The notes below the pieces were generated by a model. That model had not been told where the DNA came from, ran no database searches, and worked only from the letters and a program-made list of their open reading frames with translations. A stretch of DNA of 64,000 nucleotides from assembly GCA_050287845.1 (NCBI GenBank), contig JBNKCR010000012.1:38124-102123 (forward strand), given 5' to 3'. Both the position numbers and the translations under genes were made by a program. This document shows, one piece after another, positions 10,801 to 20,878 of the stretch. Origin of the DNA: Polyangia bacterium. Its GTDB lineage: Bacteria > Myxococcota_A > Polyangia > JAAYKL01. Positions within the stretch are counted from its first letter, which is position 1; each line of letters starts with the position of its first letter.

Positions 10801-13800
10801 CACCTGCTCGGATACGACAGGGGCGGCGATGTGCATCTGCGATACCGGATACGACGGTGAGACCTGTGCAGCCTGTGCTCCCGGATATCAGGACAACGAT
10901 CAGAATGGCGTGTGCAACATGACATGCACATCCTCTCAGTTGAATTGTGGTGATTTCGGTGATTGCAGCGACCAGGCAGGTACGCCAGTGTGCGTATGCG
11001 ATGAAGGAGTTACCGGCACCTACTGTGATAACTGCGCGGATGGCTATCAGGATAACGACCAGGATGGGGAGTGTAGTCCGGATTGTGCAACATCGGGGTT
11101 GAACTGCGGCGCCAATGGTTCCTGCGCTGACACCAGTGGTGCGGCGATTTGCGTGTGCCAGACGGGGTATGATGGTTTATCATGCGACACGTGCGCAACG
11201 GGCTATCAGGACAATAATAATAATGGTTCGTGTGTGCCGACCTGTGCCACGTCCGGATTGAACTGCGGTGATTTTGGCACCTGCAGTGACAATAGTGGGA
11301 CGGCAGCCTGTGTGTGTGATGAAGGGTATACGGGCAGCAGCTGTAACAGTTGTTCGGCCGGATACCAGGATTTTGACAACAATGGCACCTGTGAATTGAG
11401 CTGCAGCGGCGCCGAACTGAGTTGTGGATCCTTTGGACAATGCGACGACACAACGGGGACTGCGGCGTGTGTCTGTGATGATGGGTACGACGGGGCGAGT
11501 TGCAATGTGTGTGCGGCGGGCTATCAGGATAACGACAACAGTGGCACCTGTGAACCCGAGTGCGCGACGTCTGGATTGAACTGCGGCAGCAATGGCGCCT
11601 GTGCCGATACCACGGGCGTTGCCATCTGTGCCTGTGACACGGGATACACCGGGGCAACCTGCAACCTGTGCGCAACCGGTTATCAGGATAACGACAACAG
11701 CGGCACCTGCGCACCCGACTGTGCAACATCCGGATTGAACTGCGGCGCCAATGGTGCCTGCGCTGACACCAGTGGTGCGGCGATTTGCGAGTGCCGAACG
11801 GGGTATGATGGCCCATCATGCGACACGTGCGCAACCGGGTATCAGGACAATGATGATAATGGTTCGTGTGTGCCGACCTGTGCCACGTCCGGATTGAACT
11901 GCGGTGACTTTGGCACCTGCAGTGACAATAGTGGGGCGGCAGCCTGTGTGTGTGATGAAGGGTATACGGGCAGCAGCTGTAACAGTTGTTCGATCGGATA
12001 CCAGGATTTTGACAACAATGGCACCTGCGAGTTGACCTGCGCCGGTGCGGGTCTGAGCTGCGGCGTATTTGGACAATGTGACGACACTGGCGGGACTGCG
12101 GCCTGCGTCTGCGATACGGGATATGATGGTGAAACGTGCAATGTGTGTGCATCCGGGTATCAGGATAACGACAACAGTGGCACCTGCGAACCTGACTGCG
12201 CGACTTCCGGATTGAACTGCGGCAGCAATGGCGCCTGTGCCGATACCTCCGGCGTGGCTATCTGCGCCTGTGACACGGGGTACACCGGGGCGGCCTGCGA
12301 CGTGTGTGCTTCGGGGTATCAGGACAACGACGACAATGGTACGTGTGCGTCGAACTGCGCAACGTCCGGTTTGAATTGTGGCCAATTTGGCGCCTGTAGC
12401 GATGCCACGGGGGAAGCATTGTGCGCCTGTGACACGGGGTACACCGGGGCGGCCTGCGACGCGTGCGCATTGGGATATCAGGACAACGATGACAATGGTA
12501 CGTGTGTGCCGAACTGTGCAACGTCGGGATTGAATTGTGGTGAATTTGGCACCTGCAGCGACAACAGTGGCGTGGCTCGATGCGCCTGTGACATCGGATA
12601 TACCGGGGCAGCGTGCGACGCGTGTGCAACGGGCTATCAGGACAATGACCAGGATGGGGTGTGTGCTCCGGATTGTGCAACATCGGGATTGAACTGCGGC
12701 AGCAATGGATCCTGTTCAGATACCTCCGGCGCGGCGACCTGCATGTGCGCAACGGGGTACGACGGCCCGACATGTGATGCGTGTGCAACGGGTTATCAGG
12801 ACAATGATTTCAATTTCATCTGCGAAGAGAGCTGCACCATATCCACCCTGAGCTGCAACGAGCATGGCAGCTGCAACGACACATCGGGAACTCCCGAATG
12901 CGCCTGTGAAGCCGGATACGCCGGGAACAACTGTGAACTGTGCGCATCGGGTTATCAGGACAATGACCGGGATGGACTGTGTTCGTGGGACTGCACTATG
13001 GCGGACTTGACGTGCAGCGATCGCGGTAGCTGCAGCGATACCAGTGGTACGGCCATCTGCGTATGCGACGAAGGATACGATGGGCAGGACTGTGAACTCT
13101 GTGATGACGGCTACGTGCGAAACCCGGTTGATGAGAGCTGTAACCCGGGATGCGAACTGCTTTCCCTGGCGTGCAGCAATCACGGGTATTGCAATGATGC
13201 GGATGGCTTTGCCGAATGCATTTGCGACGAAGGATATGTTGGGGATGCCTGTGACGGTTGCAATGACGGATATATCCCCCAGGACGATGGCTCCTGCCTG
13301 CCGGGATGCGCGGTGGCAAACCTGGACTGCAACAACCACGGGGTCTGCGACGACAATAGCGGTGTGGTCGCCTGTGTGTGTGACAAAGCGTATGTCGGCA
13401 CCTATTGCGACCAGTGCGCTGCTGGATTCCAGGACAACGACGGGGACGGCGAGTGCAATCCCACGTGTGCCACTGCCAATTTTGTGTGCGGGAAATACCA
13501 GGTGTGCAGTGACAGTTCCGGTCTGGCCAGGTGTGTTGGCGATGGTATCTGCGGAGGAGAGACCATCGATATTTCAAACTTCGTACCAGGGGGGGACAGT
13601 GGTGTCGGGGTGCGGAGAACCACTGCCGGTGCAACGGATGCGCTGGTGGAATCAGACAATTTCTGGTGCTGGAAAACCTACTCCACTTCAGAACAGATAT
13701 TCCACTTCACGCCGCCTGCAACCATGTATCTGCGCATATTTACCAGCGAGAGCGATTATGATGCCATGGTGAGTGTATTGGACAACTGTCCGACACCTGA

Positions 13801-15271
13801 TGGTTGCTGGTTCAGCGACGATGAACACGTGGCGACCCTGGAATCGGAAGTTCCCTGCCAGCAGTATGCCGTTGGCAGGACGTACAGCGCTGTTGTTTCG
13901 GGATTCCAGAGCGAATCAGGGATGTTTACGCTCAACGTGCAGCAGTGCGATCCCAAAGCGCTGGAACCCCCGGAGTGTGCGCCCTATGAAATTCAGATGG
14001 ATGCGGGGTGCGTGCCGGTGCCCGAGAACTGCCGCAATGAAGTGGTGGAATTCAAAGACCCGGCGTTGAATCAGGCGGTTCACGACGCCCTGGAAATCGG
14101 GACAACCAAAGATGTGTATATCTGGGATGTTTTCTACCAGAACGTCCTTTCTGTTGATGGAGGTGCATTGAAGGAGCGCATCGTGAGTCTGGAAGGTTTG
14201 GAATGTTTCCAGAATCTGACAGGACTCTACTTGCCGAATCACGATATCATTGATGTCGGCGCCATCGGAAAGCTGACGCAGTTGGACCAGTTGGACCTCA
14301 GTGGAAATCAAATATCGGATATTACGCCTCTGGGGAAATTACGGGCGCTGACCTTCCTGAATCTTCGGGACAATATGGTCTCGAATGTACGACCACTTCA
14401 GGGGATGACCGGTATGTCTCAGCTGGATGTTGCAAATAATCAGATAAGCGACATTTATCCACTGCGCTTTATGACACTGCTGAAATCCCTCGACTTGAGT
14501 GGCAATCCAATAGAAAAATTGAGCCCCCTTTCCAGCATCCAATCAATTGAATTTCTGACAGTGTCGAATACCCTGATTCAGACGTTGAACGGACTGGAAA
14601 ACATGACAGCGCTTCAGCGGCTGGAGGCTGGCGATTGTCAGATAAGTACCCCGGATGCCATTGCCCGGACGGGGCGTCTGCTGCAATTGACGTTGAGCAA
14701 CAACAAGCTGGAGACGCTGGATATGCTGGCAGGCCTTGTCAACCTCACCCTGTTGAAAGTGGACGGAAACAATATCACTGACCTGTCGCCCCTGGCAAAA
14801 ATGTCGCGGCTGACGGAATTGTGGATTTCCAACAATCAGATTGAATCTGTAGACTCACTCGCGTCCCTGTTCAATTTACTGACACTTGAGGCCGGGAACA
14901 ATTTGATTTCAAATTTCATTCCGCTGACCGAAGCGACGAAGCTGACTACATTGAATCTGGAAAACAACAAATTGACCAATGTGAAAGGCATCAACACCTT
15001 CGGCGCACTGTCGAGCCTTGACATCAGTGGCAACGGTATTCAGTATATTGAAGAACTCGCTTCGTTGACCGGCTTGAACAGGATAGATTTGAGCAATAAT
15101 GTCATCGCGGATATTTTACCCCTGGTGACAAATCAGGGAATAGGGGGAAATGACGTTCTCCATATCGAAGTTAACGCTTACGATTGCAAGGACCCGACGA
15201 CACTGGAGTACATCATCAATCTCAATAGCAGGCTTTCCGAATTCACTCACGATTGCGGTGTCCTTCGCTGA
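7877..15271 (+). CDS. giant surface lipoprotein: 2 ZU5-like domains, ~29 eight-Cys EGF/laminin-like repeats, internalin-type LRR C-terminus
   Basis: ATG 7877 after GGAG; lipobox LLAGC; two IPAGAL/IPSGSF ZU5-like units; 53-aa repeats containing CDTGYxGxxCxxCAxGYQDNDxDGxC; LRR cap FKDPAL then LDLSGNQISDITPL repeats. Confidence 0.9.
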   Translation: MYRIFLVFFGINVLLLAGCKENKNDDVVTVSSEVLVDEDGATIVTDDNVVVIIPAGALIKKEKITVTPSDLVVAQLEVYSAVYSLQPANLELQKSAQLLIPLPEENISPDQLQIYRLDANGEHGGGWQPLSSELHTTGRHLRASVAQFGFFVLARRMDTSGETTVVIGTEGGRLTTSSGLVLNIPSGSFSEQNTVVVRSLQVFVTDMQQHSSMYELQPISVSLKMPAQLTIPYDEPAAGSQNLAIFRAGRSDAPVAEWTELLSSTDPAAHTVSANTTQFGFFVVAVQRSTPTDTASDTVTATDTDTVIPADTQTEDSGSDSDSISTPVDFCAESPCVNGTCTNGADGFVCTCETGYSGTICDECATGYQDNDFDGVCDFDCGLTRLDCGVHGTCDDSLGTVQCVCDEGITGAYCDNCAPGYQDNNSDAVCELDCATVGFDCGSNGACSDASGTAMCICDSGYAGAACAVCAPGYQDNDADGLCTETCATAELNCGNQGTCSDAGGTAICICSDGFTGTYCDGCADGYQDRDGNGVCTPACGTADIDCGENGACSDASGTASCVCEAGYDGDSCSQCAVGYQDFDENGTCTPDCTTAALVCGGNNGTCADSSGTARCECLEGYTGSDCADCTAGYQDNNQDGTCEQTCESASLDCGSYGACSDGSGLATCVCGTGYTGTSCSDCIAGYQDNDSNGSCLLTCASTNLDCGSNGECSDASGNAICSCSTGYDGAACDVCASGYQDNDEDGVCNPDCTGTDLNCGNNGTCSDTTGAAMCICDTGYNGETCAACAPGYQDNDGDGVCSATCEIAGLNCGNGTCVDSSGAAMCSCSAGYEGADCTVCATGYQDNNQDGTCELTCGSANLNCGSYGACSDSSGSAMCICGTGYTGPDCSVCATGYQDNDNNGSCLLTCDSTNLNCSGNGECSDTSGNAMCSCDTGYDGATCAVCAAGYQDNDGDDVCAPDCTSANLNCGNNGTCSDTTGAAMCICDTGYDGETCAACAPGYQDNDQNGVCNMTCTSSQLNCGDFGDCSDQAGTPVCVCDEGVTGTYCDNCADGYQDNDQDGECSPDCATSGLNCGANGSCADTSGAAICVCQTGYDGLSCDTCATGYQDNNNNGSCVPTCATSGLNCGDFGTCSDNSGTAACVCDEGYTGSSCNSCSAGYQDFDNNGTCELSCSGAELSCGSFGQCDDTTGTAACVCDDGYDGASCNVCAAGYQDNDNSGTCEPECATSGLNCGSNGACADTTGVAICACDTGYTGATCNLCATGYQDNDNSGTCAPDCATSGLNCGANGACADTSGAAICECRTGYDGPSCDTCATGYQDNDDNGSCVPTCATSGLNCGDFGTCSDNSGAAACVCDEGYTGSSCNSCSIGYQDFDNNGTCELTCAGAGLSCGVFGQCDDTGGTAACVCDTGYDGETCNVCASGYQDNDNSGTCEPDCATSGLNCGSNGACADTSGVAICACDTGYTGAACDVCASGYQDNDDNGTCASNCATSGLNCGQFGACSDATGEALCACDTGYTGAACDACALGYQDNDDNGTCVPNCATSGLNCGEFGTCSDNSGVARCACDIGYTGAACDACATGYQDNDQDGVCAPDCATSGLNCGSNGSCSDTSGAATCMCATGYDGPTCDACATGYQDNDFNFICEESCTISTLSCNEHGSCNDTSGTPECACEAGYAGNNCELCASGYQDNDRDGLCSWDCTMADLTCSDRGSCSDTSGTAICVCDEGYDGQDCELCDDGYVRNPVDESCNPGCELLSLACSNHGYCNDADGFAECICDEGYVGDACDGCNDGYIPQDDGSCLPGCAVANLDCNNHGVCDDNSGVVACVCDKAYVGTYCDQCAAGFQDNDGDGECNPTCATANFVCGKYQVCSDSSGLARCVGDGICGGETIDISNFVPGGDSGVGVRRTTAGATDALVESDNFWCWKTYSTSEQIFHFTPPATMYLRIFTSESDYDAMVSVLDNCPTPDGCWFSDDEHVATLESEVPCQQYAVGRTYSAVVSGFQSESGMFTLNVQQCDPKALEPPECAPYEIQMDAGCVPVPENCRNEVVEFKDPALNQAVHDALEIGTTKDVYIWDVFYQNVLSVDGGALKERIVSLEGLECFQNLTGLYLPNHDIIDVGAIGKLTQLDQLDLSGNQISDITPLGKLRALTFLNLRDNMVSNVRPLQGMTGMSQLDVANNQISDIYPLRFMTLLKSLDLSGNPIEKLSPLSSIQSIEFLTVSNTLIQTLNGLENMTALQRLEAGDCQISTPDAIARTGRLLQLTLSNNKLETLDMLAGLVNLTLLKVDGNNITDLSPLAKMSRLTELWISNNQIESVDSLASLFNLLTLEAGNNLISNFIPLTEATKLTTLNLENNKLTNVKGINTFGALSSLDISGNGIQYIEELASLTGLNRIDLSNNVIADILPLVTNQGIGGNDVLHIEVNAYDCKDPTTLEYIINLNSRLSEFTHDCGVLR
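8860..13540 (+). repeat. ~159-bp coding tandem repeat array (about 29 units)
   Basis: Recurring ggNtatcaggaYaaYga motif at ~159-bp spacing. Confidence 0.9.
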
Positions 15272-15420
15272 TGGGTTGGACGACTTGCGGCGGGGTGCGT
15301 AAGGTATCAGTTGCGCCATCCGACACACGCCCTTGACTTGTGTTCGGGGTAGAAATTGTTAATCTGGTTTCATCACGATATTTTTTATCTGCGATGGCAC
15401 TTTTATTCAGGAGAAACAAA

Positions 15421-17643
15421 ATGCACGAAAAATCACACTCGCTTCTCTTTTATGTGTTGGCAATAGCCCTGGCGGTCATTTCCTGCGGCGAAGGCGAAGA
15501 AGAGACACCTCGGGTATCGATTATCGTGGTGGGGCCCCAGGGTGCAACCATCGACGGCCCCGAGGATATGACGCTCATTATTCCCCAGGGGGCACTGGAC
15601 TCCAGTACAGAGATTAAAATAACAGCCACCGATATTGTTGTGCCGCAGATCACTCAGGGGAGCTCTGTCATTTCTGTGGAGCCCATCGGCACAGTGTTTA
15701 AGAAACCGTCTCATATTGTGATTCCATTCGAGCTCAAGGTGGGAACCAATGTGAACGATTACAAAGTGATCGGTTCAAAAAGTCCTGGCGCGGAGGCGAA
15801 AAAATGGATTCCCTATAAAAGCGTCGTGAGACCGGTGATTCGCAAAGTGGAGGCCGATGTATTGGAAACCGGATACTTTGTTGTAGGCATCAATCCGTAT
15901 GCTGGAGTCCCGGACACCGACAGCGGCAGCAGCAGTGACTCGGAATCGGCGACAGGAACCGGAATCGACACCGGCATGGCAACTGGAACGGAGACGAACG
16001 CTGATACCGGGACCGCAGAACAGGGGGACAGCACAACGGCGTCGGTACAGACAACCGACTCAAATGGCGATACGGGTCAGCCCGATACGGCTACAGTGGA
16101 CACCGGAACCGCCACGGGTGGTTCGGACGGGGATACCGACACGGTGTGCCCCGCACTCCCCGCTGGCACAACACTGTTTGATATCACAACGATGGGCGGC
16201 GCCGAGGCGTTTGACCTGTACGGGGAGCTCGAAGCCACGTTTGAGTGGGCCACGGTGACCGATCAGTCGTTCAATGGGGCCGTCCGCGTCACCACTTCCG
16301 ATTTCACGGGGCTGCCCGCCGACATTCAGACGTACCGGGCGCTCGACAGCAGCATTGCCGCGGGGGATCACCTCGCCCTTCAATTCTGGACCCGCTGTGT
16401 GTCCTCGGCCGGAGCCGCATGCCGAACCAGTGCCGTTCTGGGAGAATCGGAGCCATCCAATCTTACCATTGCAGCCTACTACGTCACGGCATCCGGCAGC
16501 TGGACGCTGCATCAAATCCCCTTCGTGTCCCCCCTGGACTACGCCAATACCAACTATCTTTCGTTTCACATGGGGTATCCGAATCAAACCATCGAAATCG
16601 CCGGCGTTCGACTGATTGACTACGGTCAAATCGCCGACGCACCGCGCCTCGACTGCCTGCCTGATACCACCGAACTCTATACCGCAACGAAATTCGTCAG
16701 TACACCTGCTGTGAAGGCCTTCCCCGGTTTCATCTACAACTACGCGGTGGAGATCAATGGTTATCCTCGCCCGGCAGTGACCTACACTTCCGGACCATCG
16801 TGGCTTACTTTTGATTCGGGCACACTTCTGTTAAGCGGCGTTCCCCCCCTTTCTGCCGCCAATACCACCGAAACAGTTAACATCGACGCGAATGGTATCG
16901 GACAATCCTGGTTCATCGAAATCGCTGAATCCCCTGGAACGGTGGGGTACTGGCCATTTGATGAATCAGCGGGAACCGTCACCGTCGATGCGTCCTCAAA
17001 TGGTCGGGACGCTGCGGTGTTCGGGGATCCGGTCTGGCAAGCGGATGGTGGCCACATCAATGGCGCCATTTCTCTCGACAGTTATACCGGGGCACTTGAC
17101 TATGTCGAAATTTCATCTGATACCGACCTGGAATTGAACGACCTTCAGTACGCCAGCTATTCGCTCAGTGCCTGGGTAAAACCAAACAGAATTCCCGAAG
17201 GTACATCAGACGCTGACAACACCGGTGCCAGCGGTATTGTGCTCAAACGCGCCGGTGGCACATTAAGTACGGGGTTGTATTACTCGAGAGATCAGCGGTT
17301 TATCGCTATCCATGCGTTCAACGCCCGCGCATATGCGGCATACGCCGGTCCCTATGATATCGGAGAATGGCACCATGTCACATCCGTTCGCGACATGGAA
17401 AATAACACGCTGACCCTGTACGTTGACGGTGTTGCAAAATATTCGGGCCCCCTTACCCCTCCAGCGGATGACACGGACACTACTCCCGACACAGACTATG
17501 AATATGGCACCACCCCATGGCGCATCGGTCTGTCGGAACCGAACGCCGAAGTTTCGGGCATGTATGGGGACATCACCGTAGACGAGGTTCGCTTTTTCAG
17601 TCGGGCGCTTACGGCTTCGGAAATCAGAAACCTCCAGCACTGA
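15421..17643 (+). CDS. lipoprotein with ZU5-like, carbohydrate-binding-like, Ig-like and LamG (concanavalin A-like) domains
   Basis: ATG after AGGAG; lipobox AVISC; IPQGAL; PSWLTFDSGTLLLSGVP (He_PIG-like); GYWPFDE...SLSAWVKP...WHHV...LYVDG...DEVRFFSRAL (LamG). Confidence 0.85.
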   Translation: MHEKSHSLLFYVLAIALAVISCGEGEEETPRVSIIVVGPQGATIDGPEDMTLIIPQGALDSSTEIKITATDIVVPQITQGSSVISVEPIGTVFKKPSHIVIPFELKVGTNVNDYKVIGSKSPGAEAKKWIPYKSVVRPVIRKVEADVLETGYFVVGINPYAGVPDTDSGSSSDSESATGTGIDTGMATGTETNADTGTAEQGDSTTASVQTTDSNGDTGQPDTATVDTGTATGGSDGDTDTVCPALPAGTTLFDITTMGGAEAFDLYGELEATFEWATVTDQSFNGAVRVTTSDFTGLPADIQTYRALDSSIAAGDHLALQFWTRCVSSAGAACRTSAVLGESEPSNLTIAAYYVTASGSWTLHQIPFVSPLDYANTNYLSFHMGYPNQTIEIAGVRLIDYGQIADAPRLDCLPDTTELYTATKFVSTPAVKAFPGFIYNYAVEINGYPRPAVTYTSGPSWLTFDSGTLLLSGVPPLSAANTTETVNIDANGIGQSWFIEIAESPGTVGYWPFDESAGTVTVDASSNGRDAAVFGDPVWQADGGHINGAISLDSYTGALDYVEISSDTDLELNDLQYASYSLSAWVKPNRIPEGTSDADNTGASGIVLKRAGGTLSTGLYYSRDQRFIAIHAFNARAYAAYAGPYDIGEWHHVTSVRDMENNTLTLYVDGVAKYSGPLTPPADDTDTTPDTDYEYGTTPWRIGLSEPNAEVSGMYGDITVDEVRFFSRALTASEIRNLQH

Positions 17644-17760
17644 CCTGAGTTCCTGTTGCAATATGCAATGATATATTTATGGTCTCAATGACAGTGACCG
17701 ATAAATGGATTCAAAACTGGACGCCGACAATTCTGCCCCAATGGGGCATATGAGGGCTAC

Positions 17761-18882
17761 ATGAATTTGTTCAGAGCAGGAATAATATCATTGCTTGTTA
17801 TATCGGTTGCTCTGCCCATTCGGGCACAGACCACCGACAATGCCGAAAATGCCCCCGGCCAGTCCGCGACGAGAGAGAAGGCACTGAACGACGCCACGGA
17901 TACCCTCTTCGACTCGGAGAAGAAAAAAAAGATAGCGCAGCAGCTGTTCGACGAAGGGATTCAGTTGTTTCAGCAAAATCGTCTCGCCGATGCGGGTGAA
18001 CGTTTTAAAGAGGCATACCAGATGCTGCCATCGTGGAAGCTGCTGTACAACATTGGCCAATGTGAAGCGGGTATTAAAAACTGGGGGGGCGCCATAGAAG
18101 CTTTCGAAAAATATCTCCAACTCGGCGGGGATGAAATCACCATGGTTCGTCAGGATGAAGTGCTGGCCGAATTGGACCGATTGAAACGGATGGTCGGGAA
18201 AGTGTCCGTCGATGGTCCTCAAGGATACAATGTGTATATTGATGGAAAATTTGTTGGGACTTCCCCCATCGTTTCAGGTGTGATGGTCATCATTGGAATG
18301 CAGCACACCGTGGCGGTAACCGACGTTGAAACCGATGCGGTGGTCAACACCTACACCGTGACTGTATCTGGCGGAGAGAATTTGCACCTCACCATAAAGC
18401 CGCCAGAGGAGGATGCCCAAACGGATGCCTCTCAAGTTGCGGCTGGTCCAGTGCGCGAACCTGTCGAAGAAGCTACCGAATCCATCACCGTAAATTCCGA
18501 TTCTTCTCTTTTTGCCATGAAGGACAGTGCGCGAAAGAAAATAAGTCCTGCTCTGTTTTTCGTGTCCCTTTCGACCGCTGTGGTTGCCGGAGGGGTAACG
18601 CTCGGGCTGGGGTTGACAATCAACTCAAAATGGGAATCCGCCCAGTCCGACTACAACCGGGATCCATGGGGCTACGATACAGAACAGGACAATGCCATTC
18701 GTCATCTGCAAGTTATCAGCTACGTCACGGGCGCACTGACCGCGGTGGCACTTGCCAGTGCGATTATCTCCATTCCCTTTACCGATTGGCGTGGCAAACA
18801 CAGACGCCGCACCAGCGCAATCCAAATGTGGCCATACGGATCCAGTTCCGCTGCGGGGCTGGTGCTGTTGAGGCGTTTTTAA
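17761..18882 (+). CDS. TPR + PEGA domain protein with C-terminal membrane segments
   Basis: Signal peptide; AQQLFDEG...FKEAY...LLYNIGQC...AFEKYL (TPR); VYIDGKFVGTSP (PEGA); two hydrophobic segments; terminal Phe. Confidence 0.85.
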   Translation: MNLFRAGIISLLVISVALPIRAQTTDNAENAPGQSATREKALNDATDTLFDSEKKKKIAQQLFDEGIQLFQQNRLADAGERFKEAYQMLPSWKLLYNIGQCEAGIKNWGGAIEAFEKYLQLGGDEITMVRQDEVLAELDRLKRMVGKVSVDGPQGYNVYIDGKFVGTSPIVSGVMVIIGMQHTVAVTDVETDAVVNTYTVTVSGGENLHLTIKPPEEDAQTDASQVAAGPVREPVEEATESITVNSDSSLFAMKDSARKKISPALFFVSLSTAVVAGGVTLGLGLTINSKWESAQSDYNRDPWGYDTEQDNAIRHLQVISYVTGALTAVALASAIISIPFTDWRGKHRRRTSAIQMWPYGSSSAAGLVLLRRF

Positions 18883-18883
18883 C

Positions 18884-19663
18884 ATGAAGCAAGTCATCCC
18901 CATACTGCTGTTTTCTGTTGCCACATTCCTGGGATGCCACTGGTTTGACAGTGTGGACGACCTTCATGATTGTCCGTTGAATTCCCAGTTTCCCTGCCCC
19001 TGCAGCACGTCCTGCCAGAACGGACAAACCTGTATGCAGAAACAGGGCACCCACGGCACGTATGGTCAATGCACGGTACCCTGCAACGGGATAGATGAAG
19101 TCTGCCGGCTGGCTTCTGACGGATATGGTATCGATGGCGCCGGCGGTCGATGTATCGAAAGCGGGTATTGTGCCATCGAATGTTTTTTTAAAGAGGATTG
19201 CCCCCCTGGTATGATTTGTGCGGTTGAAGCCAACGGCGAATCACCGATTTGCGTTCCCGGTGGTGATCTCGATGAAGGGATTTTTCGATCGGATTCGACC
19301 ACTTCCGCAGCGGATACCGGTTCCGGGTCGGAAACGCAACCGGAGGATACCGGTATCAGTGGCAGCGATCGCATTGATACAGATACGGGCCCTTCGCTGA
19401 CCCGAAGACGAGCGGATTGCGAGGGATACATTGATGCCGCATTTTTCTGTAATCCCAATCAGGAACAAATGAAAAGTGAAGTAATCGAGACGTGTGTCCA
19501 GAATAACTGGTACACAATCGACGATTGCTACTTCTGCGCCATTAACGGGCAATGCCCCGCATTCGCCCCCGGCGGTGCAAACTGCGCTGGCGCCAGCACC
19601 ACAGAAACCTGCTGCCAGAACTGGGTAAACTGCTACCTCAGTTGCGAAGCATGTAACTCGTGA
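18884..19663 (+). CDS. Cys-rich lipoprotein
   Basis: Lipobox TFLGC; two Cys-rich regions separated by a DT-rich linker; starts 1 bp after the TPR-PEGA stop. Confidence 0.8.
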   Translation: MKQVIPILLFSVATFLGCHWFDSVDDLHDCPLNSQFPCPCSTSCQNGQTCMQKQGTHGTYGQCTVPCNGIDEVCRLASDGYGIDGAGGRCIESGYCAIECFFKEDCPPGMICAVEANGESPICVPGGDLDEGIFRSDSTTSAADTGSGSETQPEDTGISGSDRIDTDTGPSLTRRRADCEGYIDAAFFCNPNQEQMKSEVIETCVQNNWYTIDDCYFCAINGQCPAFAPGGANCAGASTTETCCQNWVNCYLSCEACNS

Positions 19664-19848
19664 CAGACGACCGATTTGAACATCGGTGAACAGGCACAGT
19701 GTGTCTCTTTTTCAACATGGCGTTCGTGACGCTCAGATGGCCTGTGATGCTTATAACTGACTGAATTTTTTTTGATTATCTGGATTTGGGCAACAGATGC
19801 AGTTGTGGGTATTTAAAGTGGTACGTGAATTGCTCAGTAGCATTTGCC

Positions 19849-20853
19849 ATGAAACGCAGATGTGAATCAATTCGAAAGAACCGATGGTCCGGCTCGCTGA
19901 TTTTTTTGTGCTGCTTCGGGGTATCGTTCAACGCGCATGCTGGCCTCGGTGGAAATGTGGAAGTTGGCGTGGATGTGGAGAACGCCAACAATACAGAGGT
20001 GGATGTGAACGCGGAGCTGAAGTACAGGAGTAAGCGCAGCAAGGGATTTCGCGCCATCGTCGAAGCAAAGGCCTCGGCTGTGGAACGGGACTTTCATCTG
20101 AAGGACGTGGTGGTGGACTACCGGTATTCCAAAAAACTGCACATCAGTCTGGGGTACAGCAAAAAGGTTCTTGGGGTGGAATACGAAGACGGCAAACGCA
20201 AGCGCATTCCCATTCACCGGAGTTTGCCCTATCGTAAAATGGAGTCACTGGGGCTCGTGGGAAGACAGCTCAATCTCAGAGTTGACCTGGAATTGGGAAA
20301 GAAGCGGCATCGCACCGATATCTCTGCGGCGCTGGGGGGCGACAACAGCCGGGACTACAATCTGCAACTGTCGCTGAAAAAGGCACGGGGAAACCTGGGC
20401 CTGGGCGTGTGGGGCCTTTTGGAGCGTCATCGGATAGATAAGGGATTCATTCCGGTGTTCTCAGAAGTGCTGGCCCTGTGGTACGAATCGGAGTCGGGTC
20501 GCGTGCTTCTGGAAGCCATTCACGGCGTCGACGCCATTCGCACCGAGTATCAGTCACACCTTGGCAATGACCGGACTGTGCATTTTGTATCGCCCAGACT
20601 GGATTTGGCAAGATTTGTCGCTGTGACGGAGAATACACAGATAGTACCATTTGTGCAGATGGGAGTCGTCTTTGACGACCTGAATAATCCCGATGAAAAT
20701 TCATTGCTGTTCACCGCGGGTACCCGGTTCCAATGGCATGACCTTCGGATTGGCATCAATGTCGAAACCGTTGGCGTGAAGGATGTCACCCGGGAAAACC
20801 ATCGGCAGTTCAAGCGTAAAAGTGTTTATGGACAGGTCATTTACTTCTTTTAA
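19849..20853 (+). CDS. outer-membrane beta-barrel (porin-like) protein
   Basis: Signal peptide ending AHA; alternating amphipathic strands; C-terminal YGQVIYFF. Start uncertain. Confidence 0.6.
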   Translation: MKRRCESIRKNRWSGSLIFLCCFGVSFNAHAGLGGNVEVGVDVENANNTEVDVNAELKYRSKRSKGFRAIVEAKASAVERDFHLKDVVVDYRYSKKLHISLGYSKKVLGVEYEDGKRKRIPIHRSLPYRKMESLGLVGRQLNLRVDLELGKKRHRTDISAALGGDNSRDYNLQLSLKKARGNLGLGVWGLLERHRIDKGFIPVFSEVLALWYESESGRVLLEAIHGVDAIRTEYQSHLGNDRTVHFVSPRLDLARFVAVTENTQIVPFVQMGVVFDDLNNPDENSLLFTAGTRFQWHDLRIGINVETVGVKDVTRENHRQFKRKSVYGQVIYFF

Positions 20854-20878
20854 CCATGTTGACCGGAGGGGGGTGCAT

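Noticed and set aside
9357..13772. Numerous long Arg/Cys/His-rich alternative-frame ORFs
   Set aside because: Shadow frames of the repetitive EGF-array gene.
7877..15271. Eukaryotic contamination suggested by EGF/laminin repeats
   Set aside because: Intronless, with Shine-Dalgarno site and lipobox, and continuous with bacterial operons.
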